From a virus, in the IMG/VR virus record IMGVR_UViG_3300043466_002666: a stretch of 64,000 nt of DNA, one strand, 5' to 3'. Made by a program: the position numbers and the translations under genes. Positions 21,055 to 30,713 of the stretch are shown here, piece after piece (position 1 is the first letter of the stretch; every line of letters begins with the position of its first letter). Under the pieces are notes generated by a model. That model was not told the DNA's origin, searched no databases, and saw only the letters and a list, made by a program, of their open reading frames with translations.

Positions 21055-21758
21055 AAAAAAGACGCAAGACCCTCCAATACAACATCACTTTCAACATTAG
21101 TTACTGGGTTAGTAACTTTAACCGTATGAGATAGTTTTGGCATAGTCTCAAAGAATTTTTGAATTAACAAAAACTGAGCCGTGTCTAAACTATCTAGAAA
21201 CTCATTGATTTCCTTTTTACTGAAACTCTTTGTTTCATATACATCTTCACCTTCTACAACTTGTTCAATACAAGATGCTGCAATTTCAAATACATCTTCA
21301 GTTTTTGCATTGGCAGTAAAGTTTGTTTTGACAAACATCTCCATGCTAGGATATTTCATTACAACAGAAATAGTATCATTCAATGAAATAATTCTGGAGT
21401 GATCTTCAAATTTTTGAACTTTAATATCTTCAACATTGAGTTCAAGAGGAACTGTAGTTTCTCCATCATCTGGACATGTAATATTTAAATCAATCTGTTC
21501 TCCAACAGACTTTGCACGGATATTGAGAAACAAATACTCAATATCAAATACAGCAAGATCATCAACTTTAATTTTAGATATAATGCAGTTCTTCAGAATA
21601 GTCTTGACTGCATTGATCATTTGATTTTCATCTTCAGATTCCATAGCCATGAGAAGAACTTTCTCTTCTTTTACTAGGAATGGTCTGTATTTAATTAATT
21701 GATCAGTTGATGGTAAACGCAATTCATACGTCGGAGTTACAATTTTTGGTAAAGGCAT
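21048..21758 (-). CDS. gp26: Baseplate hub assembly chaperone gp26-like
   Basis: MPLPKIVTPTYELRLPS...YRPFLVKEEKVLL...DIEYLFLNIRAKSVGE...CPDD...LEGLASFF. Confidence 0.9.
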   Translation of the reverse strand: MPLPKIVTPTYELRLPSTDQLIKYRPFLVKEEKVLLMAMESEDENQMINAVKTILKNCIISKIKVDDLAVFDIEYLFLNIRAKSVGEQIDLNITCPDDGETTVPLELNVEDIKVQKFEDHSRIISLNDTISVVMKYPSMEMFVKTNFTANAKTEDVFEIAASCIEQVVEGEDVYETKSFSKKEINEFLDSLDTAQFLLIQKFFETMPKLSHTVKVTNPVTNVESDVVLEGLASFFA

Positions 21759-21788
21759 AGTGAATACTATAATATAATCTAAAATTAT

Positions 21789-22610
21789 TTAGGTGATGTC
21801 CGCCCAAGATGTTGTTATTTTAGTAGAGTTTTCTCCAGTCTGAGATGATGGTACTGCAAGTTCGTATTCAAAAGTAACCTGAACTTTTACTAATTGTGAT
21901 GATCCACTGGATAATGGTATTGCCGATATTGTTGTTGGGAATGCATTTCTCAATCTAACTGAGTATGTTGCAAATGGTTTACCAAACCCAGAAATATACT
22001 TAAGTCCAGAGTCTGGAATAATTTGATCACTGATATAAAAATTAGATTGAGAGTCTAATTGTATAGTTTTTAATCTAGTATTTTTTCTACTACTTCTATG
22101 TCTTTCAAGTTTAATTACAATTATATCACAACAATAATCATCTCTATATCTAGTTCTACCCAAATCAACACTTTGATTCATATTAATGTTTGTGTTTATG
22201 GTATTTCTACCTGATAATGAAACCCCAGTATAAATGTAATTGCCCCAGGAATCAAAAATTCTTCTAATTTCAGAATCTGCATCCAAAATAAATGAAATAG
22301 TAATCTCATTGTTTACAATTCCATATGCATATTTCATCGTAGGAGTATTTGTAATTCTATAATCTCCTGTAGAAATAGAATACCCAGGGATAGAACACTC
22401 ATCTGCATACACTCTCACAAGTCCTTGCATAAAAGATTCATCATTAGTATTTACATCTCCAGTCATGCCAAGGGTAAATAAATTTTTTAATAATTTACTG
22501 CTATTGACAAGTTCAAATTGAATATCATAAAAATTACTTAGAGAAAAACCATATCTCTCTACATATCCTCTAAATTCTTTAAAATTTTTAGGAATCGTAT
22601 TAATACTCAT
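21789..22610 (-). CDS. Tail tube initiator / gp54-gp19-fold protein
   Basis: ADECSIPG, FILDAD...FDSW, YRDDY and LRNAFPTTISAIPLS...VQVTFEY tail-tube-family motifs. Confidence 0.65.
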   Translation of the reverse strand: MSINTIPKNFKEFRGYVERYGFSLSNFYDIQFELVNSSKLLKNLFTLGMTGDVNTNDESFMQGLVRVYADECSIPGYSISTGDYRITNTPTMKYAYGIVNNEITISFILDADSEIRRIFDSWGNYIYTGVSLSGRNTINTNINMNQSVDLGRTRYRDDYCCDIIVIKLERHRSSRKNTRLKTIQLDSQSNFYISDQIIPDSGLKYISGFGKPFATYSVRLRNAFPTTISAIPLSSGSSQLVKVQVTFEYELAVPSSQTGENSTKITTSWADIT

Positions 22611-23170
22611 CTACTACTATCTCCCCAAACAAAGGACTTATTAACTCGTTTGTATGATCCTTTCTGCCTACTCACGAAACTTTCCAACGGCAAAAAGATA
22701 GACTTCATCCAATCTTCACTATTTATTTTAAAAAGCGGTGTATCAAGACCTTCATAAACATAATTATGAAAGCACTGTTTTGGAATTGTTGGTCGTCCAT
22801 CTTGAATGCTTTGTAGTACTTTATATCTAGTTGGAAGATTTAGATAGTGTAAATTTGCTCCAAAAAATTTTCTTCCACCTTGTAACATATAAACTAATGG
22901 AAACTCATCATAGTATGGAAGTTTCTTTGCCCATGTTGCACTGTATTCAAACAGATAAAGATTTCCTCCAGATGGAATTAATGTCTCATCTAGAGTTACC
23001 AGTGTTTTATAAATATCATTTCTTCTTGCAACTTCAGCAACTGTATCTTTATACCAGCTATATGATAGAGCATAAAATCCACGTCTTTTTTTATTGGCAA
23101 TCTCATCAACTTGCTGGAATATATTTAACTGAGGTTGATTTTTAGTTCTTGCCGATACTTCTCTTCTCAT
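22607..23170 (-). CDS. gp2: DNA end protector gp2-like
   Basis: LYLFEY...LPYYDEFPLV...FFGANLHYL motif. Confidence 0.75.
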   Translation of the reverse strand: MRREVSARTKNQPQLNIFQQVDEIANKKRRGFYALSYSWYKDTVAEVARRNDIYKTLVTLDETLIPSGGNLYLFEYSATWAKKLPYYDEFPLVYMLQGGRKFFGANLHYLNLPTRYKVLQSIQDGRPTIPKQCFHNYVYEGLDTPLFKINSEDWMKSIFLPLESFVSRQKGSYKRVNKSFVWGDSSR

Positions 23171-23604
23171 ACCTTTAACTCCGATTCTGTGAGTACTTTA
23201 AATTTCCACATTCTATCTTCACAGAATTGTTTAGCTGCCTCCCATTTGGCTTGATTTTTTACATATTCAGTCACTTCATAGATATAACTTTTGGTTTGTC
23301 TTTGTGGTTTTTTGGGAGGAACAGTTTGTTTGCTGGGTTTTATCTCAATCAAATACTTGACAATAGTACCATCACTCTCTTGAATTTTGGCATAAAAATC
23401 CACAAAATATCTATGGATTCTATTATCTAATGGAGATCTGTATGGAACAACCACTTCTTCTGATGCCCACTCTAATACATTTGGTCTAGTGTCACAATAC
23501 TTCATGAACTTCAATTCCCATGAAGATCTATAAATTATATTTCTATAATCTCCCTTGTATTTTTGAATATTTTTTGGGACAAATTTTCCCTTTAAAGTAT
23601 TCAT
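23167..23604 (-). CDS. gp4: Head completion nuclease gp4
   Basis: KYKGD...IIYRSSWELKFMKYCD...WASEE...HRYFVDF...IEIKP...NQAKWEAA. Confidence 0.9.
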   Translation of the reverse strand: MNTLKGKFVPKNIQKYKGDYRNIIYRSSWELKFMKYCDTRPNVLEWASEEVVVPYRSPLDNRIHRYFVDFYAKIQESDGTIVKYLIEIKPSKQTVPPKKPQRQTKSYIYEVTEYVKNQAKWEAAKQFCEDRMWKFKVLTESELKV

Positions 23605-23639
23605 AAATACTTTTATAAAAGGCGTATCATAAGATATTT

Positions 23640-24641
23640 ATGGGAGCTGCTAGTAAAAGTTATAATAGTGAATATCAAAAGGGCCAATTTGGCAAGGATT
23701 TATATTGGCCAGATAAACAAAATATGTTTGATATGTTGCAGATGGATGTATTAGAATACGTTCCCATATCAAAGGCAGTATCTACCAGTACCGCAACAGA
23801 ATTTACTGCATTAACTGATATTCAAAGTGTTGATACAGTATATAATATAGTAGATGGTTCTAGAAAACCGGATGGCAGAAAAAAATTAAATACAATTTTA
23901 CTTCCAATTCCAAATGATATTAATTATTCAGATCAATTAGATTGGTCAACTAGCCAGATGAACATTTTAGGAAAAATGTTACCAGCATTGGCAGGTGCAG
24001 CTGCAAATGGTCAAGGAAATGTAGGAGAATTAATTTCAAAACTAGCTCGTGGTGGAACTCCAGAATTCATATTGAATGCAATAAAAAATGTTCCTGGTGC
24101 TCCGCCAGCCGAAGCATTGACTCAAGGAATTGGCGGAAAAATCCTTAACCCATATATTGAACAAGTATTTAAAGGTATTGGCATGAGAGAATTTAATTTT
24201 TCCTGGAAGTTAGTACCAAGAAATTCAAGAGAACAAGGAAGAATTCATAATATTATTAAAGCATTACGATACTATTCACTGCCAAATTATAGCACTGCTG
24301 GTGTGGTAAATATGTCAACAGATCCAGCATTCCAAGGATTTGAGGAAAGTGTAAACTTAAAAGATAGATGGTTAACTGTTCCAAATATCTTTAAGCTAAC
24401 TTGGAGACAAGCCGGAACTGAAAGGTTAGAAATACAATCTTTACCAAGAATAAAACCTTGCGTATTAAAAAATATTCAAGTCAACTATACTCCAGATAAT
24501 GTATGGGCAACCCACATTAATACCAGTAGTGTAGGATTAAGTGGCCCAGCTCCAGTCGCATACAATATAACTATAACATTTGCAGAAACAGAAATCATTA
24601 CTGGCCATGAAGTTATTCCTGGAATAGATGGAGGATACTAA
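23640..24641 (+). CDS. gp48: Baseplate tail tube cap gp48
   Basis: ILLPIP, NPYIEQVFKGIGMREFNFSWKLVPRN and CVLKNIQVNYTPD; divergent from gp4. Confidence 0.85.
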   Translation: MGAASKSYNSEYQKGQFGKDLYWPDKQNMFDMLQMDVLEYVPISKAVSTSTATEFTALTDIQSVDTVYNIVDGSRKPDGRKKLNTILLPIPNDINYSDQLDWSTSQMNILGKMLPALAGAAANGQGNVGELISKLARGGTPEFILNAIKNVPGAPPAEALTQGIGGKILNPYIEQVFKGIGMREFNFSWKLVPRNSREQGRIHNIIKALRYYSLPNYSTAGVVNMSTDPAFQGFEESVNLKDRWLTVPNIFKLTWRQAGTERLEIQSLPRIKPCVLKNIQVNYTPDNVWATHINTSSVGLSGPAPVAYNITITFAETEIITGHEVIPGIDGGY

Positions 24642-24643
24642 AA

Positions 24644-25294
24644 ATGTTTTTTGATGCACAACCAAATTTTTACTATCCATATAAAGGTGGATTAAAATTA
24701 TCTAAAAATCTATTTCGTAGAGTTAGATTTAGAGATAACCTAAATGCCCTATACGTAGCATCCACCAAATATACTATTCAGCAAGGAGAAACTCCAGAAC
24801 AAATTTCAAACAGAATATATGGTTCAACAGATTGGTATTGGACAATATTATTGATCAATAATATTATTGATATGAATAACGATTGGCCAGTATCAGATTA
24901 TGAATTAGATATTTCGATTGAAAACAAATATGGCAATGATCAAGATAAAATTCGTTTTTGGGAAACTAAGCAAATTTTTGAAGGAAATAATCTCGTATTG
25001 CAAGGTGGAATAATCATAGAGTATAATCAGAACACTACACTCCAACAAGTGCCTGGGTATTATCCTACAACATATTCATTCCGCCAACCTAATGGAACTT
25101 TATTGACAGGTGCTCAAGTTATGACTCCAGTTACAAACAGAGAATTTGAGTATAGAGAAAACGAAAAGAAAAAAGAAATATTTTTAATTAGACCAGCATT
25201 CTTAACTACCATGGAAGAAGAGATTAATTCTTTATTTGCATATGATACTGATTATAAAATTGATTCTGCTGGAGTTAGATTTTCCGAAACATAG
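24644..25294 (+). CDS. gp53: Baseplate wedge subunit gp53
   Basis: KNLFRRV and LysM-like GETPEQISNRIYGSTDWYWTILLINNI...DWP. Confidence 0.85.
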   Translation: MFFDAQPNFYYPYKGGLKLSKNLFRRVRFRDNLNALYVASTKYTIQQGETPEQISNRIYGSTDWYWTILLINNIIDMNNDWPVSDYELDISIENKYGNDQDKIRFWETKQIFEGNNLVLQGGIIIEYNQNTTLQQVPGYYPTTYSFRQPNGTLLTGAQVMTPVTNREFEYRENEKKKEIFLIRPAFLTTMEEEINSLFAYDTDYKIDSAGVRFSET

Positions 25295-25298
25295 ATAT

Positions 25299-25323
25299 AA
25301 AAAAGGGGGGTCTATGACCCCCC
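25299..25323 (-). terminator. Rho-independent terminator after gp32
   Basis: GGGGGGTC-ATA-GACCCCCC hairpin followed by T6 on the minus strand, between convergent gp53 and gp32. Confidence 0.8.
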
Positions 25324-25330
25324 AAGTATA

Positions 25331-26227
25331 TCAGTCTTCTTCAGCTAGTCGAGCAAAGTAACTTAGAGTATCATCTTCATCATCACTACTGGTAGAGCGT
25401 GAAGAGAATGAAGGAGTGGCACTAGCAGCAAAGGATTCCACTGTAGTAGATTCTTCATCCTCATAAGTCTCACGATCAATACGTTGAGTTGGACGTGAGT
25501 TCAGAACATCAGTTAGACGTTTTTGAAGTTCATCATAAGTTTTGAAGTTATCTCCAGAAGTAAACTGAACTAGGCTATGAGTCTTAGAATAGATCTGCTC
25601 TAGTTGATCATCATCAAAATTACCGAGTGTACTAGGGCTAGAGAACTCAGACTTGTCATAGTTCCAGTAACCTTCAACTTTACGAAGCTTGATTTTGAAA
25701 TCTGCACCAGTCCAAAAGTCGAATGGATTGATAGGAGTTTCATCTGCAAATGCAGGTTGCATAGCTTCAGTGATTTTGTCGAAGATCTTTTTGCCAAACT
25801 TGTAAAGGAATACTTTACCTTCGTTTTCTGGATGAGCAGGATCTGTTACAACGTAAATGTTGGTGTAGTAGGATAGCTTACGTTTTTGTTTGCGAGCAAC
25901 TTCTTTGTCTTTCTCGCTGCCGCTATTCCAGAGTTGACGATTGAGATCCCCTACAGGATCCTTCTGGTTGAGAGTGGTTAGAGAGTTCTCGATATACCAA
26001 CCACCAGGACCTTGGAAAGCATGACTCCACACCTTTGCCCAAGGAACATCTTCACCTTCGGGAGCGGGGAGGAATCGGATTACAGCATAACCATTACCTG
26101 ACTTGTCCATCTCAGGCTTCCAAAACCTTTCGTCAGCACCACCTTCAGTGGCTGACATCTTTTCGATTTCTTGAGTTAGCTTTTCAAAAGAATTGTTTGA
26201 ATTACGCTTTAGTGTTGCAAAAGACAT
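25331..26227 (-). CDS. gp32: Single-stranded DNA-binding protein gp32
   Basis: DERFWKPEMDKSGNGYAVIRFLPAP...HAFQGPGGWYIENSLTT; acidic C-terminal tail. Confidence 0.95.
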   Translation of the reverse strand: MSFATLKRNSNNSFEKLTQEIEKMSATEGGADERFWKPEMDKSGNGYAVIRFLPAPEGEDVPWAKVWSHAFQGPGGWYIENSLTTLNQKDPVGDLNRQLWNSGSEKDKEVARKQKRKLSYYTNIYVVTDPAHPENEGKVFLYKFGKKIFDKITEAMQPAFADETPINPFDFWTGADFKIKLRKVEGYWNYDKSEFSSPSTLGNFDDDQLEQIYSKTHSLVQFTSGDNFKTYDELQKRLTDVLNSRPTQRIDRETYEDEESTTVESFAASATPSFSSRSTSSDDEDDTLSYFARLAEED

Positions 26228-26289
26228 GCGGATTCTCCGTATTAGTTGGATTGTTTGGATTTGGCTTGTGAACCCGAACCCATGAGACT

Positions 26290-26318
26290 ATGGTAGCAGG
26301 TTCAGACAGATTTGTCAA
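26290..26318 (-). promoter_or_regulatory. Sigma70-type promoter for gp32
   Basis: TTGACA-17-TACCAT with extended TG. Confidence 0.7.
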
Positions 26319-26637
26319 GCCCTTCCTTGGCAGTGGCGATGTCCTCTTTCATCTGGATGAAGATTTGTGACACATCAACATTGGAAGGGACTCCAAGAAA
26401 TGTAGCAGATGCACGAATCATTTCTACGAATTCTTCGGCTTCTTTATCACTAGAATACTTTGCTCGGAAGTAAAGTAACTCTTGAAGTTCAACAAGTCTT
26501 TCTAGTTTATCTAGACATTCTCTACGTGTCTCCTCAGTTTTACCATCGGGACCATACATCATTCTAGCAAGTGTTTGATATAATGATGTCATCTCTTCTA
26601 ATTCATCACGAATTAATTCTTGCTCAAAGAAAGACAT
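26302..26637 (-). CDS. Conserved cyanophage hypothetical protein
   Basis: MSFFEQELIRDEL...QELLYFRAKYSSDKEA; typical gene between gp59 and gp32. Confidence 0.7.
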   Translation of the reverse strand: MSFFEQELIRDELEEMTSLYQTLARMMYGPDGKTEETRRECLDKLERLVELQELLYFRAKYSSDKEAEEFVEMIRASATFLGVPSNVDVSQIFIQMKEDIATAKEGLDKSV

Positions 26638-27224
26638 TAGTTTTTAACCTTTGACAAAAGTATCTGCTTATATTTAGGTTTGTCCACCGAAAGGAATGGT
26701 TCGTATTTCACGACTTTCTTTTTTATTCCTGGCCAAACCAAAGGATCCACAATGGTAGTATCAAAATCTTTGATAAAGTTTAACAATTGATTAAGAATAA
26801 CCAGTGTTTCTATAGATATTGAATTGGATAGATACTTCTTTAATAATGGAGGATGAGTAGATGTAACTTTGAAGATATCTTCAAAGCTATTGTCATTGAG
26901 TAAAGTATCTACATCATTTGCAAATACAAAACTCATACTCTGAATTTTTTTAATCCATTCAGTATACACAGAAGTATTCTGTAATTTGTAGATATCTCCG
27001 ATCCAAGTATCTTCATTCTGCACAAAATGTGATACAAAATATTGTATCAATTCTTCTTGATTAAATTTTGTGCCTAGCTTTTTAAAAAAATATTTGTCCC
27101 TTCGTTTTTCAAAAGATTGAAGGGTAGTTCTTGTCTTTCCGTTAAAAATAAAATAGTTGTAGCTATCTGAAGTGAAATGTAATTTTATGGCAAGATAAAG
27201 TTTATAAACTTCAAATCCATTCAT
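26637..27224 (-). CDS. gp59: Helicase loader gp59
   Basis: YKLYLAIKLHFT...YNYF...GK...FEKRRDKYFF...ISIETL. Confidence 0.9.
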   Translation of the reverse strand: MNGFEVYKLYLAIKLHFTSDSYNYFIFNGKTRTTLQSFEKRRDKYFFKKLGTKFNQEELIQYFVSHFVQNEDTWIGDIYKLQNTSVYTEWIKKIQSMSFVFANDVDTLLNDNSFEDIFKVTSTHPPLLKKYLSNSISIETLVILNQLLNFIKDFDTTIVDPLVWPGIKKKVVKYEPFLSVDKPKYKQILLSKVKN

Positions 27225-27565
27225 AAAGGAAGTCTTGCACGAGAAGTTCGTTTCATAAAGTTCATACGCTGTGCATCAACTTTAAGTTTTTCTTTTAGTG
27301 GTTTTGAAATTAGTTTAGAAACATTTTCTAATTCAATTTGGTTTTCTTCACAGTATACCAGTACTGCATCAATATAGTTGAGACCACCTTGATTGGTTTT
27401 GACGATCTCTTCTACTTCCATAGAAAATTTAGCTGCGGTCATAAATTTATCTTCAATAAGTTGATCAAAACATTCAGATGCATATGGAGAATTTTTGTAA
27501 AAATGTTCATTTCGTACTGGACCTTTACCAGACTTTTTTAGCTGTTTATTAGAATCCATATGCAT
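27221..27565 (-). CDS. gp33: Late transcription coactivator gp33
   Basis: FSMEVE...NYIDAVLVYCEEN...KLISKPLKEKLK...NFMKRTSRARLP; the start may lie further downstream. Confidence 0.9.
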   Translation of the reverse strand: MHMDSNKQLKKSGKGPVRNEHFYKNSPYASECFDQLIEDKFMTAAKFSMEVEEIVKTNQGGLNYIDAVLVYCEENQIELENVSKLISKPLKEKLKVDAQRMNFMKRTSRARLPL

Positions 27566-27571
27566 CTAAAA

Positions 27572-28234
27572 TTAGTGGGTATTATTCCAATGGTCAATAT
27601 AAGTCATGAGAACTTTCATGTATTTCATGATGTCGTACTCCTGGAAGACTTGAATTTCTCCATCTTCACAGGCAATTAAAGTAACAAGTTTCTTTACTTT
27701 GATACCAGTACGTTCATAATACATCATTGCATATGCACATTCCTGTGCAATGTAATTCTCAATCCATTCTCGTTTCTTTGGTTCAGTGGAAGATTTAAAG
27801 TCTATGATTGCCAGCTCATTTTCATATTCGGCAATACAATCAACTCTTCCAGCAAGTTTTAATTTATCACTATACAAGGCACCTTCTAGAACATGGATGT
27901 TGTTAATTTTGTCCAGAAAGGGCTTCAAGTGTTTAAACATGAATAGAGGAAGTACTTTGGTTTTATACTTCTCTTCATCGAATACATTATTTAGGTAATC
28001 TTCATTCATGGAATGAAGACTAGTACCTCTAGAAGCTGCCCTAGAAGAAATACGATTTGCTTCTGCTTCACCTACACGTTTTCTCCATTCCAGAATTGAT
28101 TTCTTTGATTTTGCACCAATAACAGTTGTAACGGAAGGATACTTGTTACCTTCTGGAGTAACATACATCCTTCCACTATCTGTAGTCTCTGCGACCAAAT
28201 CAATCAAATCAGCATTATTTAGATGTACAAACAC
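27572..28234 (-). CDS. PD-(D/E)XK exonuclease
   Basis: YPSVTTV, RGTSLH, E...LAGRVDCIA...IIDFKSS...Q..AY. Confidence 0.85.
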   Translation of the reverse strand: MFVHLNNADLIDLVAETTDSGRMYVTPEGNKYPSVTTVIGAKSKKSILEWRKRVGEAEANRISSRAASRGTSLHSMNEDYLNNVFDEEKYKTKVLPLFMFKHLKPFLDKINNIHVLEGALYSDKLKLAGRVDCIAEYENELAIIDFKSSTEPKKREWIENYIAQECAYAMMYYERTGIKVKKLVTLIACEDGEIQVFQEYDIMKYMKVLMTYIDHWNNTH

Positions 28235-28236
28235 TA

Positions 28237-28992
28237 TCAGAATCCCAAATTCAATTTACTAATTAGATAACTCCTGATTAGGCCAGAACGAACAATGTCT
28301 TCAATTCCAAATTCTACCATAGAGAACTCTTCCATAGTTTGAAGAATACTCATAAAATTAAGAATACCATTTCTTTCGTTGGTCTTTACTAGATCAGTTT
28401 GTTGAACATCCCCACAAAAAATAATTTTAGAATTTTGTCCTACACGAGTAATAATAGAATCTAATTCATGAAAGTTTAGGTTCTGACTTTCATCCACAAT
28501 GATAATACAATCATCTAGGGTTGTGCCTCTAATGAATGATGTACTCCAGAAACTAACTGTTCCTTGACCTTTTAGATTCCCATATAGAGCTTCAAAGGAA
28601 GCATCATCTGGCATCTCAAACATGTACTTTACCATATTCTTATATGGAATCTGATAAAGTGAAGACTTATCTTCATGATCCCCAGGAAGGAAACCAATCT
28701 CCCTAGTCGAAACTAGAGATCGAACCATATACACTTTTTCATATGGTGTCTTTTCATTCATTACATCTCTTAGTGCAAGATATAAACTGACAAAAGTTTT
28801 ACCAGTTCCTGCAGCTCCATATAGGAAAAGATTTTTCTGCTTTGAATATTCTTCAAATACTTTTTCCTGGGCTGGAGTTAAAGGAGCAATCTCCTTCATG
28901 TGATCTGAATTAATTGGCTTTTTACGTCTCATTTTTTTATTAGAGATATCTGCAAATGATGGTTCGATTTTCTTTCTGCGGGAACTTGTCAT
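28237..28992 (-). CDS. phoH: PhoH-like ATPase
   Basis: GAAGTGKT, IGFLPG, FIRGTT, DESQN, TRVG, GDVQQTDL, DIVRS. Confidence 0.95.
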   Translation of the reverse strand: MTSSRRKKIEPSFADISNKKMRRKKPINSDHMKEIAPLTPAQEKVFEEYSKQKNLFLYGAAGTGKTFVSLYLALRDVMNEKTPYEKVYMVRSLVSTREIGFLPGDHEDKSSLYQIPYKNMVKYMFEMPDDASFEALYGNLKGQGTVSFWSTSFIRGTTLDDCIIIVDESQNLNFHELDSIITRVGQNSKIIFCGDVQQTDLVKTNERNGILNFMSILQTMEEFSMVEFGIEDIVRSGLIRSYLISKLNLGF

Positions 28993-29222
28993 ACTTCAAA
29001 TGTGGAATTAGGATATGATTTTTTGATGCGTCCTAGAACGTCTTTAAATGAGCCAGGAACTTTGGTATTTTTCCAGTCTCCGACTTCACTAACAGAAGAC
29101 ATTCCAGTAGGAACCTGAGTAATGTGTGGATTTTCTTTTAGATAAGGTTCCCTTTCTGCCATATACATCCACTTCTCAAACATTTCACCAGTATTGTTAT
29201 CTAGGAATTTATACGTTGGCAA
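28989..29222 (-). CDS. Small conserved protein (FmdB-like MPTY N-terminus)
   Basis: MPTYKFLDNNTGE...YLKENPHI. Confidence 0.65.
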   Translation of the reverse strand: MPTYKFLDNNTGEMFEKWMYMAEREPYLKENPHITQVPTGMSSVSEVGDWKNTKVPGSFKDVLGRIKKSYPNSTFEV

Positions 29223-29224
29223 AG

Positions 29225-29770
29225 TTATACCTCCATTTGTTCAAACCATTCGGGAATTATTGCTGGAGATTTCCATTTCGCAAAAGAAACTTTTTCTCCA
29301 ATATAATAGTTGCGATATGACTGAATTGAATCAGTTTGCTTGTATTTATCGGGCATTGCCGGAGGGGGTTCAGTCCATCCAAGCTCTGGAAGATTGTTAG
29401 GAATATTCTGCAAATATCCTTTTAGAGATTCAGTAGCATGAAACTTGCCATATCTCCTGGTGTATTCGATACAACATTGTTCAAAGAGTTCATAGAGCCA
29501 TTTGTAATGTGATCGAGAACTCCTAACCCACACAGCAGAAGGGTGGTTGATATGACAAGCTTTATAGATATTTGATTCTCTGGGTTCATCGAGTTTGAAT
29601 CTCTTGACTTGTCGATTCTTACTAGAAAGTTCGTAATAACCAATACCGTCAAGAACTCGATGAGCAGTTGAAAGAAGTTGTGCATACTCAACAATCATTT
29701 TAACAACATGTTTATCACAATGTTCTTGAGCACACACAACTGGATTGTAGTTCAAATAAAAGATGTTCAT
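29225..29770 (-). CDS. Pyrimidine dimer DNA glycosylase (DenV)-family protein
   Basis: MNIFYL...CDKHVVKMIVEYAQLLSTAH...HINHPSAVW...EYTRRYGKFH...PPAMPD...YRNYY. Confidence 0.7.
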   Translation of the reverse strand: MNIFYLNYNPVVCAQEHCDKHVVKMIVEYAQLLSTAHRVLDGIGYYELSSKNRQVKRFKLDEPRESNIYKACHINHPSAVWVRSSRSHYKWLYELFEQCCIEYTRRYGKFHATESLKGYLQNIPNNLPELGWTEPPPAMPDKYKQTDSIQSYRNYYIGEKVSFAKWKSPAIIPEWFEQMEV

Positions 29771-29789
29771 AATATAAGGGGAGATCAGA

Positions 29790-30452
29790 TTACCAGTCTA
29801 ACGCTTCGGCAAGGTCAGGGAAAGCAGTTTTAAATACTTCTTTACATTCATTGGCAATGTCCATGTGCTCCTTTTGAGTGCCGTGGGCAGAGCGAAGATT
29901 AATATAATGAATCCATGACCTGGCTGAGCCCTTCATATAGATTCTAGTTGGAGTTGATAATGGAAGTACAAACCTTGCACATTCCTTAGCAACACCCTGA
30001 CTCAGAAGACTGTCATAAAGTTGTTGTCCTCGTTCAAAGTATTCTTGAATTTCTCCTTGCATCTTGAGCTTTACATAATCACCAAAATCATCAATAGAGT
30101 TTTGGCGATTCTTGTCATCTTGTCTGCGAAGATCAGGAATCACAGGACGATCAGAAAGAAGTTTGGTATCAGCATACCTCTGTGAAAATTCTTGAAATGT
30201 GAAGCTCCTATGTCGAAGCACTTGGGCTGCGATTCCTCTAGTAGTATTGATCTCTAGAGTCATATCAGCTTGTTCAAAAATTGACCAGTGATTCTGACGA
30301 ATACAATAACGAAGAAGTTTAGCTGCAGTATCAAAATTTTCTTGATTTGCTGGATTACTTACACGAGCAGTATAAGTAATCACTTCTTGAGCAGACTTAC
30401 CTTCTAGTTTGCCTGCACCTTGACTGAGTGAAATCAAATAAACATTGCTCAT
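29790..30452 (-). CDS. thyX: Flavin-dependent thymidylate synthase
   Basis: ARVSNP, HWSIFE, QVLRHRSFTFQEFSQRY, ARFVLP, TQKEH. Confidence 0.95.
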   Translation of the reverse strand: MSNVYLISLSQGAGKLEGKSAQEVITYTARVSNPANQENFDTAAKLLRYCIRQNHWSIFEQADMTLEINTTRGIAAQVLRHRSFTFQEFSQRYADTKLLSDRPVIPDLRRQDDKNRQNSIDDFGDYVKLKMQGEIQEYFERGQQLYDSLLSQGVAKECARFVLPLSTPTRIYMKGSARSWIHYINLRSAHGTQKEHMDIANECKEVFKTAFPDLAEALDW

Positions 30453-30454
30453 AA

Positions 30455-30712
30455 TTACTTTTTCTTTTTAGGTTGCTTTGGTTCAACTCCCCATAGCTTG
30501 GGGTTTACTTTTCCGTCTGTCCAACAAATGTTTTTCAGACCTTCTCGATACTGATCCCAGTACATGTCGAAGATCTGAGCCCGCTTGTTACATACCACTA
30601 TATCATACTTTTCCTGGTTGTCAAGTAGATAGGTGACCAGATATGAATTCAGAGGAAGAGATTTATCTTTTGCTAGTTCTTTACTACAGTCTTTATGTAC
30701 AATTTTACACAT
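30455..30712 (-). CDS. Conserved cyanophage hypothetical protein (start revised to MCKIV)
   Basis: LPLNSYLVTY...YDIV...IFDMYWD...GKVNPKLWG. Confidence 0.65.
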   Translation of the reverse strand: MCKIVHKDCSKELAKDKSLPLNSYLVTYLLDNQEKYDIVVCNKRAQIFDMYWDQYREGLKNICWTDGKVNPKLWGVEPKQPKKKK

Positions 30713-30713
30713 A

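Noticed and set aside
27572-28234. Cas4-like nuclease suggesting a CRISPR system
   Set aside because: It is the standard cyanomyovirus exonuclease beside phoH and gp33; no Fe-S cysteine cluster and no array in the window
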